From positions 1,550,001 through 1,614,000 of the forward strand of contig CM022671.1 in assembly GCA_012295275.1 (NCBI GenBank): DNA of 64,000 bases. Direction: 5' to 3'. This document shows, piece after piece, positions 31,555 to 45,700 of the stretch. A model generated the notes under the pieces. That model had not been told where the DNA came from, did not search any database, and saw only the letters and a list, made by a program, of their open reading frames with translations. Positions within the stretch are counted from its first letter, which is position 1, and every line of letters begins with the position of its first letter. This DNA is from Chrysomallon squamiferum (Eukaryota > Animalia > Mollusca). Both the position numbers and the translations under genes were made by a program.

Positions 31555-33065
31555 AAGAGAGATAGCAACTAATAATAGAGAGATTCAGCAGATCTTGTTT
31601 CATTTTATATCGACTCAGTGTGAAACTCATTATGAAACTATGTAAACACATCATCTGTCTGTCTGTCTGTCTGTTTTTTTTATCCATGCCATATCATTCT
31701 ACACACTTATAAAACAAACCAAAATTGAAATAATAACGTTAACATCTCAGTCGACTTTGTTCTCATTATAATCACTATTACAACGATTCTCTCGTTTTGC
31801 TGGATGTTTTGTCTGTGTGAAGAATCAGAACTTATCTGTGACATTCTTAGTATCTCCTCTAAGTCCTTAAAGTGGCGACCGCAGAGCTTCTTATTCCTCC
31901 TCGACTTCATGTTAAAATGAATAAAAATATCCACAGGTATAAATAATTAAAATATATTTATCAGTTTCGTCTGTCGGACTCTGTGTCTATCGTTTGTCTG
32001 ACGACTCTCTATTTAGAAATCTCTCTCCGTTTGTTTATTTCCCCATCCACCTGTGTATTAATATGTCAGTCGAGTTACACCGATCTATAGGTCTGTATAT
32101 CTAGTTATATTTCGATATGTTTCTTTGTTTGTCTGATGGTCTGGTATCTGTTCTTTTGTCTGTCTGTGTTTGTATCCATATTATTATTAATGATTAGCCA
32201 CATTTCATTCAGTCTGTATCGTTTATAATTTAACTAAATTAAAAAGAAAGAAAAAAAAAAAAAAAATGAAAGAAAAGAATCTGCACGAAAAAAAGTACAA
32301 TAATGAATGAAGAAGAAAATTTGTTCTGTCCAATAATCAATAATTTTTCTTGTCTTTTCAGCATCAGTAAACATAGATGATTATGTTAATAAGTATAAAT
32401 TAATAATGTTTTACTGAATCACCATATATACCATAAAGCTCTGCATCTTAAATCGGTGAATGATTCACCCAAGAGCAAATGAAATTATTCTGAGATCAAT
32501 GCAATTAGAAATGGAAATGACAAAAATAATAATAATTAAAAAAAATTTAAAATAAACACAGAACATAGTCGACTGTGAATGATATTTCGTGATATTGCTG
32601 AATATTTCAGAATATTGCTGTATACGTTTACCGTATCCAACCCAGATATCGTTTCGGTGCAAGACTTTCACCTTGTCGTATGTCTTTAGTCTTTACCATA
32701 CCTTTCTACTGGTTCTTCTTCACTTTCTGGACACCGTTCTTCAAACTCGAAATAGTCGTGAGACCATCTCTCCATTCTGTCCGCTGCGTTTTCCTTCTCA
32801 AATCCAGTGAGGTTATTTCCAGGCCGCAGATGAAGAAAAAAATGACTGACTGACTTATTCATTGACTGACTGACCATGTGTCTGACTGACTGACTTACCG
32901 ATAGGCAGCAAAGTGACTCAGTAAACTACCTACTGACTGTCTCCTTGAACTACTGACTGTGCAGTGTGACAGACAAGCCAGCCAAATCTGACACTGTAAC
33001 CAGTTTACTATTTTTGTGTTTAGTGCATAAAACCGACAACTCAGTTTACAGTAAATACAACATAA

Positions 33066-33152
<87 letters not shown>

Positions 33153-34479
33153 TTAGTATTAGTATTATTATTATTGATTTTTTTTATTGATACTGGTAAT
33201 ATATAATTTTTAGATTTGCTGTTGTTACTGTTATTATTGTTGTTGTTATAATATCACACTGAATTAAGATGCTGACAGCTTACTCTTCAAGCAATGTCGG
33301 CAAAGTGACTGTCGTGTTCGAAGTATCGCCTGCTTCTGGGCACGAGTGAAGGACGAATTTCACCTCTATTTTGGTTCAAGGTATTCTTTTAGTTAAAATA
33401 CAAAAGAAAAAAATTCAAAAACCAAGATGTCCTGTATGTAGAAGAGGATTTTTTAAATCACCTGCAAGTCTGCTGAAATATTTAACTGCCGCAAAATTCT
33501 AATAACTGAAAAAATAATTATGTTCTGTTTCAGATGCGGATTAATTATTCTGGCAACTTAATGATTATGAGAATGATGATGATGATGATGATGATTATTA
33601 CTCTGTTTCTGACTGGAAAAATAATGTTCAATGAAAAAATCTCTCTCTCTGTCTCTCTCTCAGACTGTTTATGGGAGTTCCTTTTTTTTCTGTGTCCAAA
33701 ATTTAAATGATTAATTTCAAATCATGATGTCTCTATTCAAAAGGATATCTAAATCACTATACTTTTATTTAATAGTTTTGATAGTCCTTTAAACCGACTT
33801 TATTCAACTCTACATTCAAACGAAATTTCCCCATTTTAACTGCTTAACTGGCATCAACTGGTGATGTCATTATATGTGACGTCAGGGTAAGGTTTGTTCT
33901 TATCGGTATGACAAGAAATATAATAATAATTTGCTTGCTTGTGTCTCGCGCTTTATGTGAATGCTGGAGATTCTAAGGAGACTTGTTACTAAATGTTGTG
34001 TATACTGTAAAAGTTTGTAAATAAGGTAAATAAAAAGTAATAATCGTCGGATGAAAAATTTTAATATTAATTTCAAGAAAGCACCTTATTTAATATAAAA
34101 ATGGCCTCAAATTATTATTATTGTTGTGTTGTTTCGATTCGAAGGCGAGATCAGACAAGTGCAATTTACTCTATTCAGAGTATATTTTATTTTCTCTTTC
34201 AATATTACTAGGCACAAATAAAACGATTACTTATGCTAAATAAATTATAATGTTATGGGACTATCTACAACAGATTTTTCTCATTTTATAAGCGCGCAGA
34301 TTGCAGTCATCTGATATTTGGCATATTATATTGTATACAACAAAAACATTCTATTTATTATTTTGTCACAGAGGAATGTTTTCTAATAAATATATAGTCC
34401 ACTGGGGTATTTGCCGTTCCATCTATTTTTATCCTATTGGTTTTTAAATGCCTTTTTATGTTTTCCATTGAGAAGACAA

Positions 34480-34810
34480 CATTATGACATTTCCTCGCGA
34501 CGACACAGTTTGAAACCGTGACGCTGCCAGTTAATAAAAGTAGTCTATTAATAATAATGATAAAATAGTTGTTTCACAAATATTCATTGAAATGAGTTGT
34601 TTATGTCCATTAAAATGTCAATAACATTTGCAAAACCTAAAATAAAAATAATATTAAAGCGAGAGGACATGTAATTGGAGTTATCTACTCTTGGACCGGT
34701 TCCAACAAAATGGAGGCGAATCCTTGAAAATTATATATAGTCGGAGTTACATGAACAACAAAATTAGTCAAATATAGGACTGGTTTGATGAATTATTAAT
34801 ATTTAGGTAT
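34480..34810 (+). promoter_or_regulatory. Candidate PHKG promoter / non-coding first exon
   Basis: Among the last CpG-containing patches before the CpG-depleted gene body; YY1-like CAAAATGGAGGC at ~34706; possible donor ttag|gtattg at 34806. The exon at 36008 needs an upstream exon. Confidence 0.35.
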
Positions 34811-36100
34811 TGTTATTTCTATTAATTTTCATAGTTAAAAGAAACTGGCATTTATGGTTTATTTGATTAATTTCAGAATAGTATCTTGAAAGGACCGATT
34901 TGTTTTGACCGCAAATTCGACTTCTCAATCGAATCAACATAAATATAAACAACGTTCGAGTTTCATTTTTCTTATATATGTCTGCATTTTACTGAATCAA
35001 AACAGTAATGTAAAAAAACAACAACAATAAAGCAGAAATATATATTAAGCCCTCAAACTTCGTAATAAACATTTTCGACATTTTGAAATGTTTGATAGTC
35101 AACCCCGCCCCAAAATAATAATATTAGTAACTATAAAACAAAACAACAACACTAATAAATATGTTCTACTGTAATACTGTACAGTTTAAATAATCTTATA
35201 TCTACAACATGACCTTTGGGTGGGAAAAAACACAATAAAACAGTAGTTTGTGGGTGAATTTCATTTCAAAATTTAGCTTGTGTTAGTAGGAGTAGTAAAG
35301 TGCTGGACAGGACAGGTCTTCTGCATAATCCAGTTGAAATTTACAAAGATTTAAGTGCAGGAACCAGTATCTACTATTTGCATACCATACCAGAACATTT
35401 AACAAGTAGTGAAGACATATAGAGCCTAAAGAATTAGAATAATTTGTATCAGACATATAACTAAATTACAGATTGTGATACTGGGAAACCTATTAAAATG
35501 AAACAGTATATAGTGGAATTCCTCAAACTGAATTATGCCTGAACTCTCATAATTAATCAAGTACTTACATATGTAAAACCTCAGTAAACTGAACTTTTTA
35601 ACTTATCCTGATGTTGGTTTTAACAAGTTTCACTGATTCATCTCAAGAAATATTTTTCACTTCATATTTCCTATCAGTATTAAACAATAATTAATTCAGC
35701 AGAAGTCTGAAAAGGAAAGGGACAAATTTTTTAAAACATTTGGGGTAATCTGATGTATCAATATTTTTAATGTGATGCCTTTGCCTTAGTAAATAACATT
35801 AATGTAACAGCTGAACAGTTGAAATATACAGTTTTGTTTACATACATATTTGACAAGTGCACAAACACACACACGCACACACACACACACATGCACATGC
35901 ATTTTTTTCTCTCAGACATGTTCACACACCAAACAGATAAACATTAGACTGATATTTTTATTATGTATCCAACTGCAGTTTCAGCTGTTATTTCTTCTCT
36001 GTTTCAGTTTTTGAATAATGTGGAAGACATCATATCATATATGTAGTCAATTCGACTAGATAAATCTGACTTGGACAGAGATTATATCTTTTGTGGCATA

Positions 36101-36198
36101 ATGACCAAAACAAAGGATGAACTGGATGCTGATTTGCCAGATAAGGATCAGGCAAAAGAATATTATGCTCAATATGAACCCAAAGAAATCCTTGGCAG
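36101..36198 (+). CDS. PHKG: PHKG coding exon 1 ([32 protein letters not shown][R])
   Basis: ATG at 36101, donor AG|gtaagt in phase 2. Upstream acceptor tctctgtttcag| (exon from 36008) implies an upstream 5'UTR exon. Resembles the PHKG N-terminus (LPD...AKEFY..Y.PK..LGRG). Confidence 0.9.
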
Positions 36199-37990
36199 GT
36201 AAGTAATTTTAATGTTTATTTCTATGGTTGTTTTTTCTGATTTGGTTAACTGGAAATTTGATTTATTGTTTTAATGGTAAAGGTTATATTTTTCTTTATT
36301 TCATCATTTTGTTTTCTTCTTTCTTTCCTTTTGGCTCTTCTGTCCTTATTGTTGTTATCATGTATTTTGATTTCTCATTTTTTCTCATTCCAACTTATAC
36401 TCTACATCTGGTTAATTATGAAACTTCAAACCTAGGTAATATATACATACACATATATACATATATACAAAATGGATAAACATTAACATGTAAATTTGTG
36501 GAATTTATTATATAACTTGTATAACATATATGTTTTTCTGTCTGCATTAATGTGTATATATGCATGTATATTCAAAAACAGAAACAAAATCCTTTATTGC
36601 AAATCAGAGAAGCTAGTTTTGACATTTAATAACAAATGTTTTAAGTATTCATTGATTCATTCTTTGCCCTAGTTTGTGCATTTGTAAACAGTGTGGTCAG
36701 ACTGGGTAATTTATATAATTCAGACATTTGTAAATGTTGATCTGCTGATTACATGTGTAAGAAAATGTTAATTCAAATTTAAAATAGCAAGAATGGTAGA
36801 ATATTATTCTAGTTCTAATAGTATGATAGTTTGGAGAAGAATAAAAATGTTTACTTTTACATCTATCTTTTACATAAATACTTTTATAATAATTTGAAAA
36901 ATAAAGGTTTAAAATATAATTATAAAATAAGTAGTTAATTTTGACTGGTTAATATTTTTTAATTTATTATCAGTATTAGAAGAACTTTGAACCTAGGTAT
37001 ATATACAAAATGGATAAAATGGATAAACATTCAGATTTGTGGAATTTATTCTAACTTATTACAGTTTGGAGATTTTCTTTCTTTCTTTCTTTCTTTCATT
37101 CTTATTTAATGATAGCAAAATTTATCTTTCCATTGTTTTGGTCCCATTCACCAGAATAATTAAAAACAGATTCATGTTGATGTTCTTTAACCTTCAGAGA
37201 AGTCAACCATATCAAACTGCTGATTTATTCATTGATTAACTGATTTAAGAAACAAAGAAAAGAAAAGGTGTGGGTATTTGACACCAGGTTATTACCTATG
37301 TAATATTCATTATATAATTTATTTTATTATACTGTGGAATTAGTTAATGGGATGACCTAGGCGAAATATTTTTTCTGTTTAATAGTAACAAAGGGAAAGT
37401 TCCAGATGAGGAAGTAACAATTAAGCTGGGTACATCAAGCAGTTTTTATAGGAGTTGCCTTGTGTCAGACAACCCTTGCACTCTAGGTTTATAAACAGCT
37501 AAAACTTTAACAACATCAAGGTTTTTCGATATTATAAGTATATATAAATTATTGATATCAGTATAGAGTTAGTGATGCAAATACAAGATTAATACTTTTA
37601 AGATGAAAAGGAATAAATAAAAATATATATTTGAAATGTCTAGAATACCCCCTCTAGAACTGGCCCTTGGAGGTTTTTAGTGTGGGCAGTGAACCTTGTC
37701 TTTGTTTCACACCGTTTGAGTGCATAGCTTGACTCCCTCAGTTTGGTCATTCACTTCTGATAAGAGTTTGAGGTTCTTAGCTCATAAATAATTACTAGCA
37801 GTAATAGGACTTTATCAAGCCAAGCTGGAAATTAAAAACTGATGTTAAAGAAAATGAAAGAAAAAGATGATATGAATCTTGGCTGTTGTTAGGAGAGATA
37901 AAAACATTTAGAAAATTGAAAAAGAAAAGAAGTATAACAAATACAAATATAAAGAACTAAAAATAGTAAAATAAAAATATATCTCTTTAA

Positions 37991-38022
<32 letters not shown>

Positions 38023-41000
38023 ATTCTGAAATGTATTTTAATTTTTTATTTATAATTTAATTATTTTATTTATAATTTAATTTTTTTTTTATAATTTAAT
38101 TATTTGTATGCACACTTATTCACCCACACAACACCAACCCACAAACACACACACAGGTACACAGATTGAAATGGAAGCAATGAAATCAACTTGTTATTTT
38201 GAGATATATAACAAAGTGACTGTATTCAAATTAATGAATTCAGTCTGTTTATTTAGGTGAGATTATATAGGTAGATACGCAGCTAGGCAACCCAAAACAA
38301 ATAAAAGTATTTACATTTGGTTAAGTATAAATGTCTGTTAGCTAAATACATTTGTATATAAACATGTACATTTGATCATAGTTATGTGTTAAATTAAAAA
38401 AAAAAAATTAAAAATTATACTTATGTATTTGTTTGAAAATAAAAACAGGTAAAATAATAAAGATCACCTGGAAAAGTGAATTTGAACAAGTTTGTTAAAT
38501 TCATGATAATATATTTATCATATTATAAAATATATATTTTTTTGACATTATTTCTGCTGTCAAAGAACAGAACACAACAACAGGTACTGATCAACTCCAT
38601 TTCCTTGTTAACCAGCTAAAAATAACTTTACAAATCTCCCACTCCCACTCTCAGTTCTGCAGGATGTTTCCCTTTGACCTATGACACCTGCATCTGTCGG
38701 CATCTCTGATTGGCTTGTTTGTGGGTGACCCTCTTGCCTATGATTGGGTCAAGACATGTGCACCGACTATGACAGCAGAGTACGAACTGTGTGTACACAT
38801 TTCAAACTCAAGTCATCAGCTGAAAGATGACTGCTAGATGATGTTGCTCAGAGAACAATGGCTGGAGTCTAACATGAATTTCTGTGATCAGGAGTTTACA
38901 ACGAGGAAAGGACATTACATTTTCTGTGAGGTGATTGGAGTGTGAGTAGTGTCTGAACATCATCTGTTATATGTTTTTCAGAGAGGCTTAGCCCAAGTTT
39001 CGCTTATGTAATCATTGATCACTTACATACAAATCAGTCATGTATGTGTATTTATTCCCAGTATTCATCAGTTTCATTAGTTACTGTGTCAGTTTTATTT
39101 GTCTGAAATAAACCCACATCATCATACAAAATGATGGTATTAAAACAATAATAAAATAATGATAATAAGAGAAATTCAATACAATACTGTCAGGATAAGA
39201 AATAAAAACAGAGCCATTTTTATTCTGTTTTTGTGTCCAGAGATGTTTAACATCTGTGAACAACAGTAAAAAAATAAAAAATGAAAGGATAAAATGGTTT
39301 GTCATATAAAAACCTCAACCCACCTTAAGCCACTTTTTGTATAGATTTAAAAACAAAAAAGAAATTAAATTTCTGCCCTTTTCAGTTTCCCTTTCACTTT
39401 TATTATGGCTGATTCATATTACATTTTCATTACTGAATTGAATGAAATCCCAGGATTATTTCAGTTACATGTATGATTAAAATTACAGTTATTTTCTCTT
39501 TCTGTCTTGTCTCTATTATATATTTACTATATGGTAATCATAATAAAAATAGTGTGGTGTATATTTATGATTGTATAATTATATACACATATATACACAC
39601 ACACACACAAACAAACAAATGCTATATATACCATATACACACATATGTTATTTTAATATAAACCTAATGACTTGCTCCAGTTATCTGAGTAAGCAGGCTG
39701 TAGCTCAGTGATTAGAGCACATATTTGAGAAGTGTTAGGTCACAGAATCGGTTGTTCTTAGTGCATTCTTTATCTTTTTTCCTAAACCCTGGGTAGAAGC
39801 TAAACACCTTTATATGTCTGACTTTTACATGACCTGCCTCTCAGATCTCCATGTCTGAAATAATACTAAGGAAAAATATTTTTTATTCTTAAATAGGTGC
39901 AGATGAGTGCATCTTTTATAAAAATAAATACAGAACTCTGAATATTAGAATATCTCATGGCATTACAGCAGATGATTTGTTCTGTTTGTCAACAACAACA
40001 TACATCAAAAATTAATTAAATCATTAATTAATTGTTGTGTGTTGAGACTTCAAACATTCAGTTATGGATTCTAATTAGCAACAGTGTTAGTCATTCATGT
40101 TATGTTTTGACCAGTCACTGAATCAGTTGTTGAATCACAGACTGAAAAATGATGAGTAATTTGGAATATTTAAACAAGGAAATTATGAGTTAGGCTTAGA
40201 ATAATTTGAAGTGATAATTATCATAGATTAATTGAAATTTCAGATATTCATTTAGAATTAGAGTGATTATTGTGATTGTTATGATTGTAACTAAGAGTAT
40301 TCACATATAGACTGTGTTAGTAAAACAGAACATTACACAATTAAAACCTGTTCATAATTTAGTTTCACCTCGTAATTGCATTTCCGTGAAACTGCTATAG
40401 ATATTTTATTAGTGTTTCACATGGGTTTGATTAAACTCATATTTTTCTCTGAGATAAATTTAGATGAGACTGCCAGGACAATGTCACCTTAACTTGCTCT
40501 TTCAGATAATGAGGAAGCAGTCACTCACAGAAAGTATAGATTTTTCTAGTCTGATTTTCAAAATGTTTAGTCTGGAGAAAAGGTCATAGTAAAACATTCT
40601 TCTCACGACCACACCTAAATACAAGTTATTTAAAACATGGCAGTGTAGTAAATGGGTCAGACTTTAAGATGGTTTTGAAAAATGATTCATGAAATATTTC
40701 CTGTTTCGGAAATGGTAAAAAGGGCTGACTGAACAGAATCTATTTTTCCTAAGATGATCAATTTAGAAAGAGGCTGTTATCAAATGTAAATGAAAAAAAA
40801 AAAATCATTAAAATATAATAACTGCAATAAATATATTAGATGCCTTGTATGTTTCTAAAATTTAGAAAAAAAATATATATATTTCTTGTAATATATATAT
40901 TGAATTTTTTTTTTTTTTTTTTTTTTTTTTGTATGGTTACATGGTTTCAGTAATAATAATAGCATCAGACTGATAACATTATAACATAATCTTGATATTA

Positions 41001-41921
41001 ACATGCTCACTTTATTAGAATACACAGAAGGAAGTAACTTGACAGAAGTAATCTAACATGATCAATGAAGTGATTGACTGACATAATGTCTGTTACATCA
41101 CTCTATTGTGATTTGGCATTTTATTATATTGTTATTGTTTTAGTACTTTATCTCTGTTGTGTTAGTGCATGCATCTCTCCATCTCTCTAGCCTCTGTTCA
41201 TTCATCCATATTTAAATACATATCTCCTCTCACATACATACATACATATGTACATACATACGTACATTCGTACATACCTGCAAACATACTTACAGACTTA
41301 CATATTAACATATTTACGTACCTACATACCTAAAGACATACACAGTCATACTAGTACACACACACACATCTATATTAATTTGTAAAGTACTTCAGCTGAA
41401 CTAAACTGAGATTGCTTTGAAAATTATAAAGTATCAAATCTGTTATTTGTACATAATGTTTAAAATGATAAAAGGATTGTAAGAATAAAGGATTTATAGA
41501 AATTCCTTGTGGATTTTATCATTTACCAGTTATAAGTTCTCTTAGTATATTTACATTAAAAAAATAATATATACATATATATATATTATTACTATTATTA
41601 TTGTAGTTTTAGTATCACTACCTAACAAGGTCACAGAGTACTGACACAGTAAAATAGACTACATGTGGACATGTCCTCCAGGCCTTGGCATCCAAAGATC
41701 TTTTTGCACTAAACTGTAAATAGTATATAGTAATGTGTAACTGAAAACTGAGCACTCAGCCCTTTATATTTGTGTTGGGTTGTGTTACATGTAGTAACAT
41801 ATATTCATTATTAAATCAGTACACAAGATTTTTCTTTGTTGCTATTTTTCTTTATTTTATTTTATTTTATTTTATTTTATTTTATTTTGTTTCATTTTTA
41901 TTTTATTTTATTTTTTTTTTT

Positions 41922-41977
<56 letters not shown>

Positions 41978-42747
41978 TTCATTTTATTTTTTTTTTTTTT
42001 TTTTTTTTTTTGTTTAATTATGATTTAGAATAATGAAAATATTCAAACTTGTGTACATAATTTCACACACATTCAAAGATGTAGTGAATAACAGGCACAC
42101 ATACACACAAACACCCACTATATACAAAGAGACACATACCAAGACTATTGTTATGTATTTGTTAGGGTCAGAATACCTCTTGTTTGATTAACAGAGTATA
42201 GAAATTGTTTCTAGATCAACAATAATGTGAGTCACAAAAACAAACATTTTACATAGGAAAACTGAAATAATTTGAGCAGTTTGTGAAAATGTGTCAAATG
42301 TATGAGTCATCAGTTTCCATTGCTGAGTCTTCAACAAACCAGAAAATAAACAGAAAAAACACATCAATGAGTCAGTTTTTCTTTTAATGTTATACATTCC
42401 TACTTTCAGTTTAAATACGTTTAAAACAGTTTACTTCCAGTTTCAGGCTCCAGTTAATCTATTGCTCTTATATACTGCAATAATTCTTTTTTTTTTAATT
42501 TAATTTTTTAATTATTTATGTGTGTATATATATTTATTCTTTATTTAGTTTAATCTTCTAAATAATTTCTTTTATTTTGTTTGAAAGGAAATGTTCTTTG
42601 TTCTTTATACTGACCTGTTTGCACATTTATTATTATTTTCATTGTTTCTTTTTCTGTTATTCAGATATTTTGACGATTTTAGCAGTTTCTAATTTTGCAA
42701 ATAACAATGAGATATTATTTGGTATATTTTACAAACAAGCTTTAAAA

Positions 42748-42794
<47 letters not shown>

Positions 42795-45700
42795 TAATAA
42801 TCACTAAAACAAAGTTATATTTTAAACCTCTTTTTTTATGTTTTTGTAAAATAGAAAAGTAATTAATATATTTGTAATGTATATTGTACACAAAATTTGT
42901 CATATACTTCATCTGTATGTAATACATATCTTTACTATTTCACCTCACAGTAACACATAGCTATTTCAAATAAGTAACCATCTTGATATATGTATTAAGA
43001 ATTTTATGACAGATTCTTGATCATTTAAGACTATTGTAATCTATTCTGATTGGTTTCAGCTCTAAAACATTAAATGTCTATTAGCTAAATAAATCTGTAT
43101 GTAAAGATAAAATAAATGAACAAACCCAAATGTTCATATAACACAATTTTCAGTCATTTTAACTGTGTTCACCCATCAGATGTTCATGTACAAATGTAAT
43201 GGGTGCAGAGAGGAATCAATATTATCTAACTAGACATCATGTTAGAAGATCAATACAAAGAAATTGTCTTATATTTGCCTGATCAGCCAGTCCTGGGAAT
43301 TTATCTCACTGTCTACAGTAAAATAATATCAATAAACAAAAGCTGTCTGTTGATGCATAATGTTAGTTTACAATTTAATAAAAATTTGATATTTCTTATC
43401 CATGAAAAATAAAGGATCATATGACTTACAATGTAGGGGGAAATAAAGTTGTAATTTCACACTTGTAGGTTTTGTACTAAGAAGGATATAGTTTTTCTTT
43501 AAGCAGAACAGTAATGAGTACATTCAGTAGTAAAAGTATTAGTATATAGTTCATGAATATAAAATAATACCCCAACACAGACTGTTGGCAGTTACCACAT
43601 AACAAACAAATGATTAATGTCATTCTTTTTTTTTTTTTTTTATATCAGTGGCTTTGAAGAGATGTCCTCAAACAGTTTAGAGTCACTCTTCCTTTGAGTT
43701 TCTCTTATCATATCATGTACTTTAAATAATTAACCTTTATGTTTTATGATGTTTTAAGTAAACATTTTTCAATGTAATTAATGGTGAAAAATTAACCAAT
43801 GCATTCTGGTGTTGTCATTTTAAATAAAACATTTCAAAGTTATTTTTTATTTATATTATATATTATATTTTTTACGTCATGTTATGTTATGTTATAATGT
43901 TATGTTGTATTCTGCGGGTACTGAAAAATAAAAAAAACTCTTAAAAAGAAGAAGAAATTAATTTTTTTTTTTTTTTTTCACAGAGGGGCATCAGCAGCAC
44001 TGTGCGCCGATGTGTTGAGAAGAAGTCTGGAAAAGAGTATGCTGTGAAAATCATTGATGTGAGTGGAGAGAAGATTGAGGACTTTCAGACAGAGCAGACA
44101 AAGAAAGAAACTCTGCGCGAGATCAACATTCTCCGCACCTGTTCAAACCACCCGCACATCAGTAAGTACCAGCTCACTTTTACTTTTAAATACTAAAGTA
44201 ACAGCTCGTTTTACTTTTAAATACTTAAAGTAACAGCTCGTTTTACTTTTAAATACTTAAAGTAACAGCTCACTTTTACTTTTAAATACTTAAACCATTT
44301 TACTTTTAAATACTAAAAAGTAAAATACTAAAGTAACAGCTTGTTTTACTTTTAAATACTTAAAGTAACAGCTCACTTTTACTTTTAAATACTTAAACCA
44401 TTTTACTTTTAAATACTTAAAGTAACAGCTTGTTTTACTTTTAAATACTTAAAGTAACAGCTTGTTTTACTTTTAAATACTTAAAGTAACAGCTCGTTTT
44501 ACTTTTAAATACTTTAAGTAACAGCTCGTTTTACTTTTAAATACTTAAACCATTTTACTTTTAAATACTTAAAGTAACAGCTTGTTTTACTTTTAAATAC
44601 TTAAAGTAACAGCTTGTTTTACTTTTAAATACTTAAAGTAATAACTTGTTTTACTTTTAAATACTTAAAGTAACAGCTGGTTTTACTTTTAAATACTTAA
44701 ACTAACAACTTGTTTTACTTTTAAATAGTTTAAATAATAGCTCGTTTTACTTTTAAATACTTAAACCATTTTACTTTTAAATACTTAAAGTAATAGCTCA
44801 CTTTACTTTTAAATACTTAAAGTAACAACTGGTTTTACTTTTAAATACTTAAACCATTTTACTTTTAAATACTTAAAGTAACAGCTCGTTTTACTTTTAA
44901 ATACTTAAAGTAACAGCTTGTTTTACTTTTAAATACTTAAAGTAATAGCTCGTTTTACTTTTAAATACTTTAAGTAACAACTCGTTTTACTTTTAAATAC
45001 TTAAACCATTTTACTTTTAAATACTTTAAGTAATAGCTTGTGTTACTTTTAAATACTTAAAGTAACAACTTGTTTTACTTTTAAATACTTTAAATAACAA
45101 CTCGTTTTACTTTTAAATACTTTAAGTAACAACTCGTTTTACTTTTAAATACTTAAAGTAATAACTTGTTTTACTTTTAAATACTTAAAGTAATAACTTG
45201 TTTTACTTTTAAATACTTTAAGTAACAACTCACTTTACTTTTAAATACTTAAAGTAATAGCTTATTTTACTTTTAAATACTTAAACCATTGCTTGAAAAA
45301 CTGCCTATCATACTGTGTATAATGTCTTAAGCAAAATTTGATTAATAAAAGCAGAAGTGTTATTCATCTCAGAATAATGTGTTATTATATAAATTAAAAT
45401 TAAGCTGTTGTCAAAGTACTGAAAAGACAATGGTAAAAGTTTTTGCACGCTACACTTTATAATGTGTTGATTGTTTGAAATGTTTTTCTGGATGTCTCTG
45501 TATTAGGTAAATTGCATACATGTACATCCAAGTTGATTTCAACATTTAAAATGATTCTGTCAGGTTTGAAGGAGAATTAAAGGAGGTACAGTTGTGTGAT
45601 AAATATGTTATTTGTCCACAGCTTGAAACTGTCACTGAAATAATGTAAGTCGTTACACAATGTAAATAATTAGATACATAATGGTTTATGGTGTTTGTTT

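Noticed and set aside
36429-37050. Short duplicated motif (aacctaggta...tatatacaaaatggataaa...atttgtggaatttatt) at ~36430 and ~36990
   Set aside because: Real but small local intronic duplication with no evident functional signature.
39696-39770. Possible functional tRNA gene
   Set aside because: Only the A-box/D-arm survives; no T-arm consensus or acceptor stem.
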